Source: Candidatus Buchananbacteria bacterium (GTDB taxonomy: Bacteria; Patescibacteriota; Patescibacteriia; Buchananbacterales; UBA6539). Taken from it: a DNA stretch of 50,433 bases. Of the stretch, positions 1 to 8,156 are shown one piece after another. The stretch lies in the NCBI GenBank assembly GCA_041664985.1, contig JBAYJS010000001.1, forward strand, positions 1 to 50,433, in the 5' to 3' direction. The position numbers were made by a program, and so were the translations under genes. Under the pieces are notes generated by a model, which was not told the DNA's origin, did no database searches, and saw only the letters and a program-made list of their open reading frames with translations. Each line of letters opens with the position of its first letter. Position 1 is the stretch's first letter.

Positions 1-743
1 AGGCAATGGCAGCAGCAATGTCTTTGGTTTTATTTGCCAGCCAGCTACCCATTCCCAAATTTCATCGTCGTTCGGAATTTGCCTGTCTGATTAAAGAAAA
101 CGAATACGCGATTTACGACGGGGCGGTTGAATTTTTTACCGGTAAAACCGTTTTGGCTAAAGATTACGGCCAAGTGATTAAAGAGTATCAATTGTTAGGT
201 CTTGCCGCCAAACGCGCCACTTACCAGGGTAAAAGTTTTATGGTTGGCGCTCTGGCCAGATTAAATATTAATCATGATCAATTAAGCCCTCAAGCAAAAA
301 AAGTAGTCAAAGATTTACAATTGGAATTTCCAATTCATAATACTTTTTATAATGTTTTGGCTCAGGCCATTGAATTGGTTCACGCCACCGAAATTGCCGG
401 TGAATTGCTTAAAGATTTGGTAAAAAATTTAAAACCTGAAGAGAGTATTGCCAAAAAAATTAATTTAATTGCCAAAGCCAACCCGAAAGGCAAAACTACT
501 ATTGGCTATTCGGTAATGGAAGCACCGCGAGGAATTTTATATGATATGTTGGAAATTGATCGTAATGGTATTATTGTTAAAGCCGATATTATCACGCCAA
601 CGGTTCAATTTTTAAATAATATCGAGCAAGATTTAAAAGTTTATTTACCAAATTTAAAAAAATTGAGTAACCAGGAACGGGAGCAAAAAATCAAAACTTT
701 GATTCGGGCTTATGATCCCTGCATTTCTTGTGCAACTCATTAA
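1..743 (+). CDS. [NiFe]-hydrogenase large (catalytic) subunit, C-terminal part; ORF open to the left window edge
   Basis: Translation ends ...IRAYDPCISCATH*, the C-terminal DPCxxCxxH Ni-Fe ligand motif of [NiFe] hydrogenase large subunits. The frame stays open back to nt 3, so the N-terminal part lies outside the window. Confidence 0.85.
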   Translation, partial: AMAAAMSLVLFASQLPIPKFHRRSEFACLIKENEYAIYDGAVEFFTGKTVLAKDYGQVIKEYQLLGLAAKRATYQGKSFMVGALARLNINHDQLSPQAKKVVKDLQLEFPIHNTFYNVLAQAIELVHATEIAGELLKDLVKNLKPEESIAKKINLIAKANPKGKTTIGYSVMEAPRGILYDMLEIDRNGIIVKADIITPTVQFLNNIEQDLKVYLPNLKKLSNQEREQKIKTLIRAYDPCISCATH

Positions 744-748
744 TTTAG

Positions 749-825
749 CAAGATAAGTTTTAAACAAGATAGGCAAGATATGTTATTGCCACCTGTCTTA
801 CTTATCTCGCTTATCTCGCTTATTA
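749..825 (+). repeat. Short repeat cluster: 3x CAAGATA (749, 765, 774), then 2.7x tandem CTTATCTCG (801-825), which is nearly its reverse complement
   Basis: Read directly: gCAAGATAagttttaaaCAAGATAggCAAGATAtg...CTTATCTCGCTTATCTCGCTTATTA. The reverse complement of CAAGATAAG is CTTATCTTG. Possible operator-type site between the hydrogenase and HypA-like genes. Confidence 0.5.
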
Positions 826-1079
826 TGCATGACCTACACGCCGCTGACCAAATTTTAAATTTAGTTTTAGGTCAAGCCATTGCCAATAAATTGCTTAAAG
901 TCAATAAAATCGTAATTGAGCTGGGTAGTATTATCGAACATGGCGCTGATATCAATCCGGATAACTTGGCTTTTAATCTAAAGCTTTTGGCTAAAAACAC
1001 TTTGGCGCGCGACGCTGCGGTAATAATTAAAAAAGTCCAAGGTAATAGTTGGAAGCTGGTTGAAATTGAAGGTGATTAA
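825..1079 (+). CDS. HypA-like hydrogenase nickel-insertion protein, short form without the C-terminal Zn-binding CxxC pairs
   Basis: The internal ATG at 825 gives MHDLHAADQILNLVL..., resembling the MHE N-terminal Ni-binding start of HypA. It sits directly after the hydrogenase large subunit. The product is 84 aa with no Cys. The track ORF starts earlier at 780 with a hydrophobic extension. Confidence 0.5.
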   Translation: MHDLHAADQILNLVLGQAIANKLLKVNKIVIELGSIIEHGADINPDNLAFNLKLLAKNTLARDAAVIIKKVQGNSWKLVEIEGD

Positions 1080-1171
1080 TTTGGCTAAAATTTCTCGTTA
1101 AAATGTGCTAGCGAGAATTTTGTTTTTGTGGTATAATTTTAATGTTTTAATGAATAATTTATTCAGGTTTT

Positions 1172-1972
1172 ATGCCCGAAAGAGGTGATCCAAAAGTGCA
1201 TGATTGGCAAGTGGGGGAAACCAAGCGTCACGAATTGGCAGAAATTATTAAAAAAACAGGCTACGACAATCCAGAGGTTGCCAGACGTTATTATGAGTTA
1301 TATAGCCGTGAAGGAATTGAGCCCAAAATTTCGCGTCATTTCAGTCGAATTCTTGATGAAACTTTGCCCAAAGAAGGGTTGGTAATTGATTCAGAAACAA
1401 AGTCTTTGAAAGATTGCACAGTATTGGATTTAGGCTCCGGTCCAGGCGTGCTATCCGAGCTTTTGCAGGAGAGATTCGGCAAAGTGATAGCCGTTGATAA
1501 AGCGCCGGCAATAGTTGATTTTATTAATCAGCAGCCTTTGTTTAAAGATAAAACTGAGGCCAGGGTTGGTGATTTCGGCGGGCAATTTCCAATAGAAGAT
1601 CAGGGTGTCGAAGTGGTTGTCAGTTTTAATACCACAAACGAACTTCGGCCGGAAGACGAAGATAATTTTTTACAAGAAATAGCGCGCGTAGTAAAATCCG
1701 GCGGTTTTGCTTTGTTAAATCGAATTGCCGATGCCAATAATTTGGCCATGAAACATAAGTTTAGCCGAGAGCGGCAGAGGGAGTTGGCTGATAGTAGTCC
1801 GGACGCTTTGCGTAATCATGTTTTTTTAAGTTCTGAGCTAGAGAGTCAGATTAATAGCTTGGTGTCAGATAAAGGAATAGAAGCTAAAGTTGAAATATTT
1901 GATGATCATTCCGATCAATGTTATTGTATCGCTAAAATAAATTTTAATAGAACCAAAACTGATGAAACTTAA
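1172..1972 (+). CDS. Class I SAM-dependent methyltransferase
   Basis: Motif I VLDLGSGPGVLS, plus a downstream acidic loop (AVDKA) and a VVVSFN-type motif. Confidence 0.75.
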   Translation: MPERGDPKVHDWQVGETKRHELAEIIKKTGYDNPEVARRYYELYSREGIEPKISRHFSRILDETLPKEGLVIDSETKSLKDCTVLDLGSGPGVLSELLQERFGKVIAVDKAPAIVDFINQQPLFKDKTEARVGDFGGQFPIEDQGVEVVVSFNTTNELRPEDEDNFLQEIARVVKSGGFALLNRIADANNLAMKHKFSRERQRELADSSPDALRNHVFLSSELESQINSLVSDKGIEAKVEIFDDHSDQCYCIAKINFNRTKTDET

Positions 1973-3191
1973 ATCTCTCAAGGAAATCAAAAGCTTGAAA
2001 GGCAAAAAAGTTTTATTAAGAGTGGCTTATGACGTGCCTTTAAAGCAGGAGGGAAAAAAATGGGTAGTCGCTGACGATCGGCGAATCAGAGAAACTTTGC
2101 CGACGATTAGGTATCTTTTAAAAAATAATTGTAAGATTGTTATTTTGTCCTGGTTGGGCCGTCCGGGCGGACAAAAAGTAGAAAAATTAAAAATGGATCC
2201 GGTCACCAAAGCGCTGGCAAAAATTTTGAAACAGCCGGTTAAAAAGATCGATGATTGTGTCGGACCGAAAGTTTTTTCAGAAATTCAAAAACTGAAAGGC
2301 AAACAAATTTTGATGCTGGAAAATGTCCGGTTTTATCCGCAGGAAGAAGAAAACAGTAAAATCTTTGCCAAACTTTTGGTTTCTGGAATGGATCTGATTG
2401 TTTTTGACGCTTTTGCTCAAGCCCATCGAATTCACGCTTCAACTACTGGTATTACCAAATTATTGCCAACTTACGCCGGATTTTTGCTGGAAAAAGAAAT
2501 TAAAGCTTTAAGCCAGATAACCAAAACTCCCAAACGGCCGTTGGTTGTAATTTTAGGTGGCGCAAAAATTTCGGATAAAATTGCGGTAATTTCCGAATTG
2601 GTTAAAGTGGCTGATAAAATTTTAATCGGCGGCGGTTCGGCCAATGTATTTTTAAAAGCCAATAAAGTGCCAATCGGCCAATCGTTTGTCCAGGATGTTT
2701 TTGTCGATAAAGCCAAAAGAAAAAAAATTAATTTTGTTAATTTGGCAGCCGACCTTTATCGAAAAAATAAAGATAAAATTATTTTGCCAGTTGATCTGAT
2801 TGCTGGCAATAAAATTGATCCTCACGCTCTGGTTGAAACTATTGATTTGGAAAAGGGTCAAAAAATTGACAGCCGATGGTTATTTTTGGATATCGGGCCA
2901 AAAACTATTGCTAATTATTTAGTGGCAATCAAAAGAGCCAATACTATATTTTTTAACGGACCAATGGGTGTATTTGAAATGGATAAATTTTCTTTTGGCA
3001 CCAAAAAAATTGCTGAAGCGGTGGCTCGATCAAAAGGCATTACGGTAATTGGCGGCGGTGACACCGAAGTCGTGGCGGCAAAATATAAAATTGAAGATAA
3101 AATCAGCCATATTTCCACTGGCGGCGGTGCGAGTTTGGAATTTTTAGCCGGCAAAGAATTACCAGCATTAAAGAGTATTATTAAAAAATAA
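1962..3191 (+). CDS. pgk: Phosphoglycerate kinase
   Basis: 409 aa. Family-typical segments: RVAYDVPL, ILSWLGRPGG, LENVRFYPQEE, FDAFAQAHR, GGAKISDKI, WNGPMGVFE-like FNGPMGVFEMD, GGGDT, STGGGASLEFL. Confidence 0.95.
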   Translation: MKLKSLKEIKSLKGKKVLLRVAYDVPLKQEGKKWVVADDRRIRETLPTIRYLLKNNCKIVILSWLGRPGGQKVEKLKMDPVTKALAKILKQPVKKIDDCVGPKVFSEIQKLKGKQILMLENVRFYPQEEENSKIFAKLLVSGMDLIVFDAFAQAHRIHASTTGITKLLPTYAGFLLEKEIKALSQITKTPKRPLVVILGGAKISDKIAVISELVKVADKILIGGGSANVFLKANKVPIGQSFVQDVFVDKAKRKKINFVNLAADLYRKNKDKIILPVDLIAGNKIDPHALVETIDLEKGQKIDSRWLFLDIGPKTIANYLVAIKRANTIFFNGPMGVFEMDKFSFGTKKIAEAVARSKGITVIGGGDTEVVAAKYKIEDKISHISTGGGASLEFLAGKELPALKSIIKK

Positions 3192-3296
3192 AATTTTCAA
3201 TTTTCAGTTTCCAATTTTCATTGAATTTTTAATTATTAAATAGTTTAAAGTAATTGAAAATTGGCTAATTGATCATTGATTGAAAATTAAAAATTA
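3190..3296 (+). repeat. Copy 1 of a 107-bp perfect direct repeat (pgk/SIMPL intergenic)
   Basis: aaaattttcaattttcagtttccaattttcattgaattttt...gattgaaaattaaaaatta is identical to 4114-4220. Similarity continues about 13 nt further after one mismatch. It contains an internal inverted repeat, ccaattttca / tgaaaattgg. Confidence 0.9.
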
Positions 3297-3322
3297 ATAA
3301 TTGAAAATTAATAAAAAAATCT

Positions 3323-4111
3323 ATGGAACAAGAAAAAAACGTTTGCTGCCAAAATATGCCGGTTTGGAAAATTCTTGGCGCAATTTTAACAATTTTTTTG
3401 GTGGTTTTCATTTCCGTTTTAACCTGGAATGAAATTAAAAAACATGATTACATCGGTCGGGAAAATCAACAGATTTACACCATCAGCATTTCGGGCGAAG
3501 GTAAAGTTAATGCCACGCCGGATATTGCCCAAATTTCTTTAGGTTTGCAAACGGAAAAAATTGAAGTGGCCCAAGCCCAAAAAGAAAATACCGAAAAGAT
3601 GAATAATATTATCAAAGAAATTAAAGCCATGGGCGTTGAGGCAAAAGATATTGCCACGGAAAATTATAGTATTTATCCGCGTTATGACTGGACCAGTGGC
3701 CGCCAGGTTTTGAAAGGTTATCAGGTTTCCCAAAATGTGACTGTTAAAATCAGAGACTTGGCAAAAATCGGTGACATTGTTGATAAAGCCGGAAAACTAG
3801 GCGCCAACCAGGTTGGCAGTTTGAGTTTTACAATTGATGAACCAGAAAAATTAAAACAACAGGCTAGAGAAAAAGCTTTAGTTAATGCCAAAGAAAAAGC
3901 CGAGGCTTTAGCAAAAATTGCCGGCGTTAAACTTGGCAAATTAGTTGCTTTTACTGAAACCAGCAGTGGTGGAGTGACGCCGGTTTATCGTGATTACGCC
4001 ATGAAGTCTTTGGATGCTGTTGGCGCTGGTGAAGCCATGCCAGCCCCGCAAATTGAAGCTGGTAGTCAGGATATTATCATTGATGTGATGGTAACGTACG
4101 AAGTGTTGTAA
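3323..4111 (+). CDS. SIMPL-domain (DUF541, 26-kDa periplasmic immunogenic protein-like) membrane-anchored protein
   Basis: N-terminal TM helix, then the characteristic GEGKV.A.PD.A....G..., YSIYPRYDW and ...I..GS..I....V.YEV pattern of SIMPL/BP26 proteins. Confidence 0.75.
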   Translation: MEQEKNVCCQNMPVWKILGAILTIFLVVFISVLTWNEIKKHDYIGRENQQIYTISISGEGKVNATPDIAQISLGLQTEKIEVAQAQKENTEKMNNIIKEIKAMGVEAKDIATENYSIYPRYDWTSGRQVLKGYQVSQNVTVKIRDLAKIGDIVDKAGKLGANQVGSLSFTIDEPEKLKQQAREKALVNAKEKAEALAKIAGVKLGKLVAFTETSSGGVTPVYRDYAMKSLDAVGAGEAMPAPQIEAGSQDIIIDVMVTYEVL

Positions 4112-4113
4112 AG

Positions 4114-4220
4114 AAAATTTTCAATTTTCAGTTTCCAATTTTCATTGAATTTTTAATTATTAAATAGTTTAAAGTAATTGAAAATTGGCTAATTGATCAT
4201 TGATTGAAAATTAAAAATTA
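4114..4220 (+). repeat. Copy 2 of the 107-bp perfect direct repeat (SIMPL/eno intergenic)
   Basis: Identical to 3190-3296 by direct comparison. Confidence 0.9.
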
Positions 4221-4241
4221 CTAATTGAAAATTTTATAATT

Positions 4242-5498
4242 ATGTTAAGAATCAAATCGATTCACGCTCTGGAAATTTTAGATTCCCGAGGCAATCCAAC
4301 GGTTCAAGTTGCCGTTACCTTGAATAATAAAATTGTTGGCAAAGCGTCAGTGCCTTCGGGCGCTTCAACCGGCATTCATGAAGCTTTGGAATTGCGCGAT
4401 GGCGATAAAAAACGCTATGGCGGCAAAGGGGTTTTGAAAGCGGTTACCAATGTCAATAAAATAATCGCGCCAAAGCTGATTGGCAAAGATCCGACTAAGC
4501 CCAGGCAGATTGATGAAATCATGCTCAAGCTTGATGGCACGGAAAACAAAACCAAGCTTGGAGCCAATGCGATTTTGGGGGTTTCTTTGGCGACAGCTCA
4601 TGCCGCGGCTGCGGCTTTGAATTTGCCATTGTATAAATATATTCGCAAAGCCTACAATTTAAAATATCAGGGCTGGAAATTACCATACCCCACCATGAAT
4701 ATTTTAAACGGCGGGGCTCATGCTGATTGGTCTTTGGATATTCAGGAATTTATGGTGGTGCCTCAGCAGAAAAAATTTGTCGAACGCGTACGTTGCGGTT
4801 CAGAAATATTTTTTGCTTTGGCCAAAATCATCAAAGCCAAAGGTTTTGATACCCTAAAAGGTGATGAAGGCGGTTATGCACCCAGATTGGCCGGCAACGA
4901 AATGGCTTTTGCGGCAATTATGCAAGCAATTACTGATTCGGGCTATCGACCGGGCAAAGATGTTAAACTGGCAATTGATGCTGCCTCTTCGGGATTTTAT
5001 AATGCCGACACCAAAAAATATGAGCTTAAAGCTGATAAAAAATCATTGACCGCTTTGGAAATGATTGAATTGGAAAAAGAATGGGTACAAAAATATCCAA
5101 TTGTTTCTTTGGAAGATGGTTTGGCCGAAGATGATTGGGACAACTGGGTGATTTTAACCAAAGAACTGGGCAAAAAAGTTGCTTTAGTCGGCGATGATTT
5201 GTTTGTTACCAACGTGAAAAGATTGGAGCAAGGAATCAAACAAAAAGTCGGTAATACGATTTTGGTTAAATTAAATCAGATTGGCAGTTTATCAGAAACT
5301 ATTGATGCAATTGAACTGGCGCATAAAAATAATTATAAAACTTCAATCTCTCATCGTTCCGGTGAAACCGGTGATACGACCATTGCCGATTTGGCAGTTG
5401 CGGTTAATTCGGAATTTATCAAAACCGGATCATTGTCGCGTTCAGAGCGAGTGGAAAAATATAATCGTTTGATGGAAATTGAAGAAGAGTTAAAATAG
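4242..5498 (+). CDS. eno: Enolase (phosphopyruvate hydratase)
   Basis: 418 aa. Family-typical segments: [76 protein letters not shown]. Confidence 0.97.
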   Translation: MLRIKSIHALEILDSRGNPTVQVAVTLNNKIVGKASVPSGASTGIHEALELRDGDKKRYGGKGVLKAVTNVNKIIAPKLIGKDPTKPRQIDEIMLKLDGTENKTKLGANAILGVSLATAHAAAAALNLPLYKYIRKAYNLKYQGWKLPYPTMNILNGGAHADWSLDIQEFMVVPQQKKFVERVRCGSEIFFALAKIIKAKGFDTLKGDEGGYAPRLAGNEMAFAAIMQAITDSGYRPGKDVKLAIDAASSGFYNADTKKYELKADKKSLTALEMIELEKEWVQKYPIVSLEDGLAEDDWDNWVILTKELGKKVALVGDDLFVTNVKRLEQGIKQKVGNTILVKLNQIGSLSETIDAIELAHKNNYKTSISHRSGETGDTTIADLAVAVNSEFIKTGSLSRSERVEKYNRLMEIEEELK

Positions 5499-5500
5499 AT

Positions 5501-6520
5501 ATGCCATTGTCAAAACCGGAAGAAAAAATTCTTAAATCAATTATTGTTGCTTCGGAAAATAATCCGAATAAACCTGAATTTCCGTCAGAAAATCCGAAAT
5601 TTCCCGCTACACCAACTTATAAAATCAAAGTGCCGGGTTTTACTAATGTTTGGCTAAAAGATGAAAGCTATAATCCAACTGGCACCCATAAAGATAGGAT
5701 GGCTTGGGAAATTATTGTTACTTATCGGGATTTTTTGTTAGCTAAAAAACGAGGTCAAATTAAAGGCAGTTTGCCGGCTATGTCAATTATTTCTTCCGGA
5801 TCGGCAGCAGTGGCAATTCAAACTCAGTTAAAGAAGTACCATTTACCTAATTTAAAAGTTTTAGTTGACTCCTATATTAATCCAACGATTTTGGAATCAT
5901 TAAAAAAATTGCAATGTGAGATTTACGAAACTGATTTAAGTAAAAAACCGTTTGGTTGGAAAGAAATTTTGGAATTAACCCATAATCCGAATGGATTTGA
6001 CATCACTTCCAGTGAAGCTCTAGACCCAACAACCAGATTTTATGATTGGTTAAGCTACGAGGTGATTAATAATTCGCCAAATTACTGTTTTATTCCTTTT
6101 GGCACCGGAAATCTTTATGAGAATATTTTAAATATTAATAAAAAAGAAGTTTTTGCTAAAAATCATGACCCGCGTTTTCAAGGTAAAGTTGAAATTTTGC
6201 GAAATTGTAACTTTTTAGGTATAACAACAAATAATCCCAGATCAAAAGCCGAAAAACTTTATTCACCTCATTTGCCATTTGTTCATTTCGACGAGCAATG
6301 GATCAGGCTGTACCGTTTTGCCGGATTTTGTGGAGCAGAATCAAATGTTTACTTATTAAAGGAACAATTTCTTGATGAGGCAATGAAAATTGCGTCAGAT
6401 CAAAAAATAAATTGTGAGTCATCAGGTATTGCCGGGCTAGCATTAATGTTACAGATGAAAAATAAGTTGCCAAAGAATAAAAAAATGTTAATTATTAATA
6501 CTGGAAAAACTAAATATTAA
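5501..6520 (+). CDS. PLP-dependent enzyme of the tryptophan-synthase-beta / threonine-synthase superfamily (fold type II), divergent
   Basis: KDESYNPTGTHKDRMAWEII matches the xNPTGSFKDR PLP-lysine motif with H in place of F. ISSGSAAVA occupies the SSGN position. Substrate cannot be assigned. Confidence 0.55.
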   Translation: MPLSKPEEKILKSIIVASENNPNKPEFPSENPKFPATPTYKIKVPGFTNVWLKDESYNPTGTHKDRMAWEIIVTYRDFLLAKKRGQIKGSLPAMSIISSGSAAVAIQTQLKKYHLPNLKVLVDSYINPTILESLKKLQCEIYETDLSKKPFGWKEILELTHNPNGFDITSSEALDPTTRFYDWLSYEVINNSPNYCFIPFGTGNLYENILNINKKEVFAKNHDPRFQGKVEILRNCNFLGITTNNPRSKAEKLYSPHLPFVHFDEQWIRLYRFAGFCGAESNVYLLKEQFLDEAMKIASDQKINCESSGIAGLALMLQMKNKLPKNKKMLIINTGKTKY

Positions 6521-6521
6521 A

Positions 6522-8105
6522 ATGAAAAATAATAAGATTAATAATACCAAAAAGCCGCCGTTTGTCTTGTTAATTCTAGATGGTTGGGGACTGGCGCCAA
6601 AAAATCCGGGTAATGCCATTGAATTGGCCAAAAAACCGAATTTTGATCGGCTTTGGAAAAATTATCCGCACACGCAGCTTCAGGCTTCGGATGGTTTTGT
6701 CGGTTTGCCGCCGTTGCAAGTTGGTAATTCCGAAGCGGGTCACATGAATATTGGTGCTGGTCGAGTAGTTGACCAAGACGCGGTTTTTATTTGCAAAGAA
6801 ATCAACACCGGTAAGTTTTTTAAAAATGCGGCTTTTGAAGCGGCTTATAAACATGTAACCAAAAATAAATCTGATTTGCATTTGATGGGTATGCTTTCCA
6901 ACGGCCAAAGCGCCCACAGTGATCCGGACCATTTACTGGCACTTTTGACTTGGGCGCGATTGAAAAAAGTTAAAAATGTTTATTTACATTTATTTACCGA
7001 TGGCCGCGATTCACCTCAGCACTCAGCTTTAAAATTGGTTGAAGCTTTGATGCGCCAGCTCAGAAATAAAGAAGAAAAAGGCAAAAGAAGCGGGGAATGG
7101 ATTGCCACTGTGACCGGCCGATTTTACGCCATGGATCGAAAAAAATCTTGGTCGCGCACTGAAGCGGCTTACAATGCCATGGTTTTAGGCAAAGGCGCAA
7201 CCGCTAAAAGTCCGCAGCTGGCCATTACTCAAGCTTACAACCGCCAGGAAACTGACGAGTTTATTCCGCCTTACGTGATCAAACGAAACGGTAAACCTTT
7301 GGCTAAAATTAAAGACGGCGACGCAGTTATTTTTTTCAATTTGCGATCTGACCGGGCCAGGCAGCTAGCCAAGGCTTTTGTTCAAACTGATTTTGGGAAT
7401 CATAATCCCGGTGCCTTTAAGCGTAAAAAAATTCTAAAAGATTTAGCGTTTGTGGCCATGACAGATTTTGGTCCGGACTTGGATTCAATTTTAAGCGCTT
7501 ATCCTTCCGCAGATTTAGCCGGTACTTTGCCTATGGTAATTGATGGCCGTAAGCAACTTTATATTGCGGAAAAAGAAAAATACGCTCATGTTACTTACTT
7601 TTTTAATGGTGGTTATGCCAATCCGGTTGCCGGTGAGGATCGGGTATTAATACCTTCGCCCAATGTCAATTCTTACGATTTGAAACCGGAAATGTCAGTT
7701 TATCAAATTACTGCCCGCGTAATCAAAGAGCTGGAAAATTATCAATTTATGGTCATTAATTTTGCCAATCCGGATATGATTGGTCATACCGGTAATTTGA
7801 AAGCTTGCATTAAAGCGGTTCAGCACGTTGATAAATGTTTAGAAAAAGTAAAAACTGAAGTATTAAAGCGCAAAGGAACTTTGGTGGTCACAGCCGACCA
7901 CGGCAATGCTGAAAAGATGCTAGACTTGGAAACTGGCGAGGTGTATACTGAACATACTTCAAATCCAGTGCCATTTATTTTAGTTGAGCCAAAAAAATCA
8001 AAACGGCAACTAAAAAAAGGTAAACTTGGTGACGTTGCGCCAACGATTTTAAAGTTGATGAAAATCAATAAACCAAAAGAGATGAAAGGCAAAACTCTTT
8101 TTTGA
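6522..8105 (+). CDS. gpmI: 2,3-bisphosphoglycerate-independent phosphoglycerate mutase, copy 1
   Basis: 527 aa. Family-typical segments: LLILDGWG, VGNSEAGHMNIGAGR, FTDGRD, GRFYAMDR, FNLRSDRARQL, EKYAHVTYFFNGG, NFANPDMIGHTG, TADHGNAE. Confidence 0.9.
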   Translation: MKNNKINNTKKPPFVLLILDGWGLAPKNPGNAIELAKKPNFDRLWKNYPHTQLQASDGFVGLPPLQVGNSEAGHMNIGAGRVVDQDAVFICKEINTGKFFKNAAFEAAYKHVTKNKSDLHLMGMLSNGQSAHSDPDHLLALLTWARLKKVKNVYLHLFTDGRDSPQHSALKLVEALMRQLRNKEEKGKRSGEWIATVTGRFYAMDRKKSWSRTEAAYNAMVLGKGATAKSPQLAITQAYNRQETDEFIPPYVIKRNGKPLAKIKDGDAVIFFNLRSDRARQLAKAFVQTDFGNHNPGAFKRKKILKDLAFVAMTDFGPDLDSILSAYPSADLAGTLPMVIDGRKQLYIAEKEKYAHVTYFFNGGYANPVAGEDRVLIPSPNVNSYDLKPEMSVYQITARVIKELENYQFMVINFANPDMIGHTGNLKACIKAVQHVDKCLEKVKTEVLKRKGTLVVTADHGNAEKMLDLETGEVYTEHTSNPVPFILVEPKKSKRQLKKGKLGDVAPTILKLMKINKPKEMKGKTLF

Positions 8106-8156
8106 TAAGTTGAGAGTATTTTATTTATTAATTTATTATTTTAATTTTTTATTCCC

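Noticed and set aside
2027-3154. Track ORFs antisense to or out of frame with pgk (2027-2209, 2239-2442, 2471-2716, 2652-2861, 2915-3154). Equivalent shadow ORFs lie inside eno, gpmI, mreB, frr, rseP, proS, mrdA, lysS, serS, alr and gltX.
   Set aside because: They lie entirely within confidently identified housekeeping genes, have low-complexity or odd composition, and have no start-context support. These are typical shadow ORFs.
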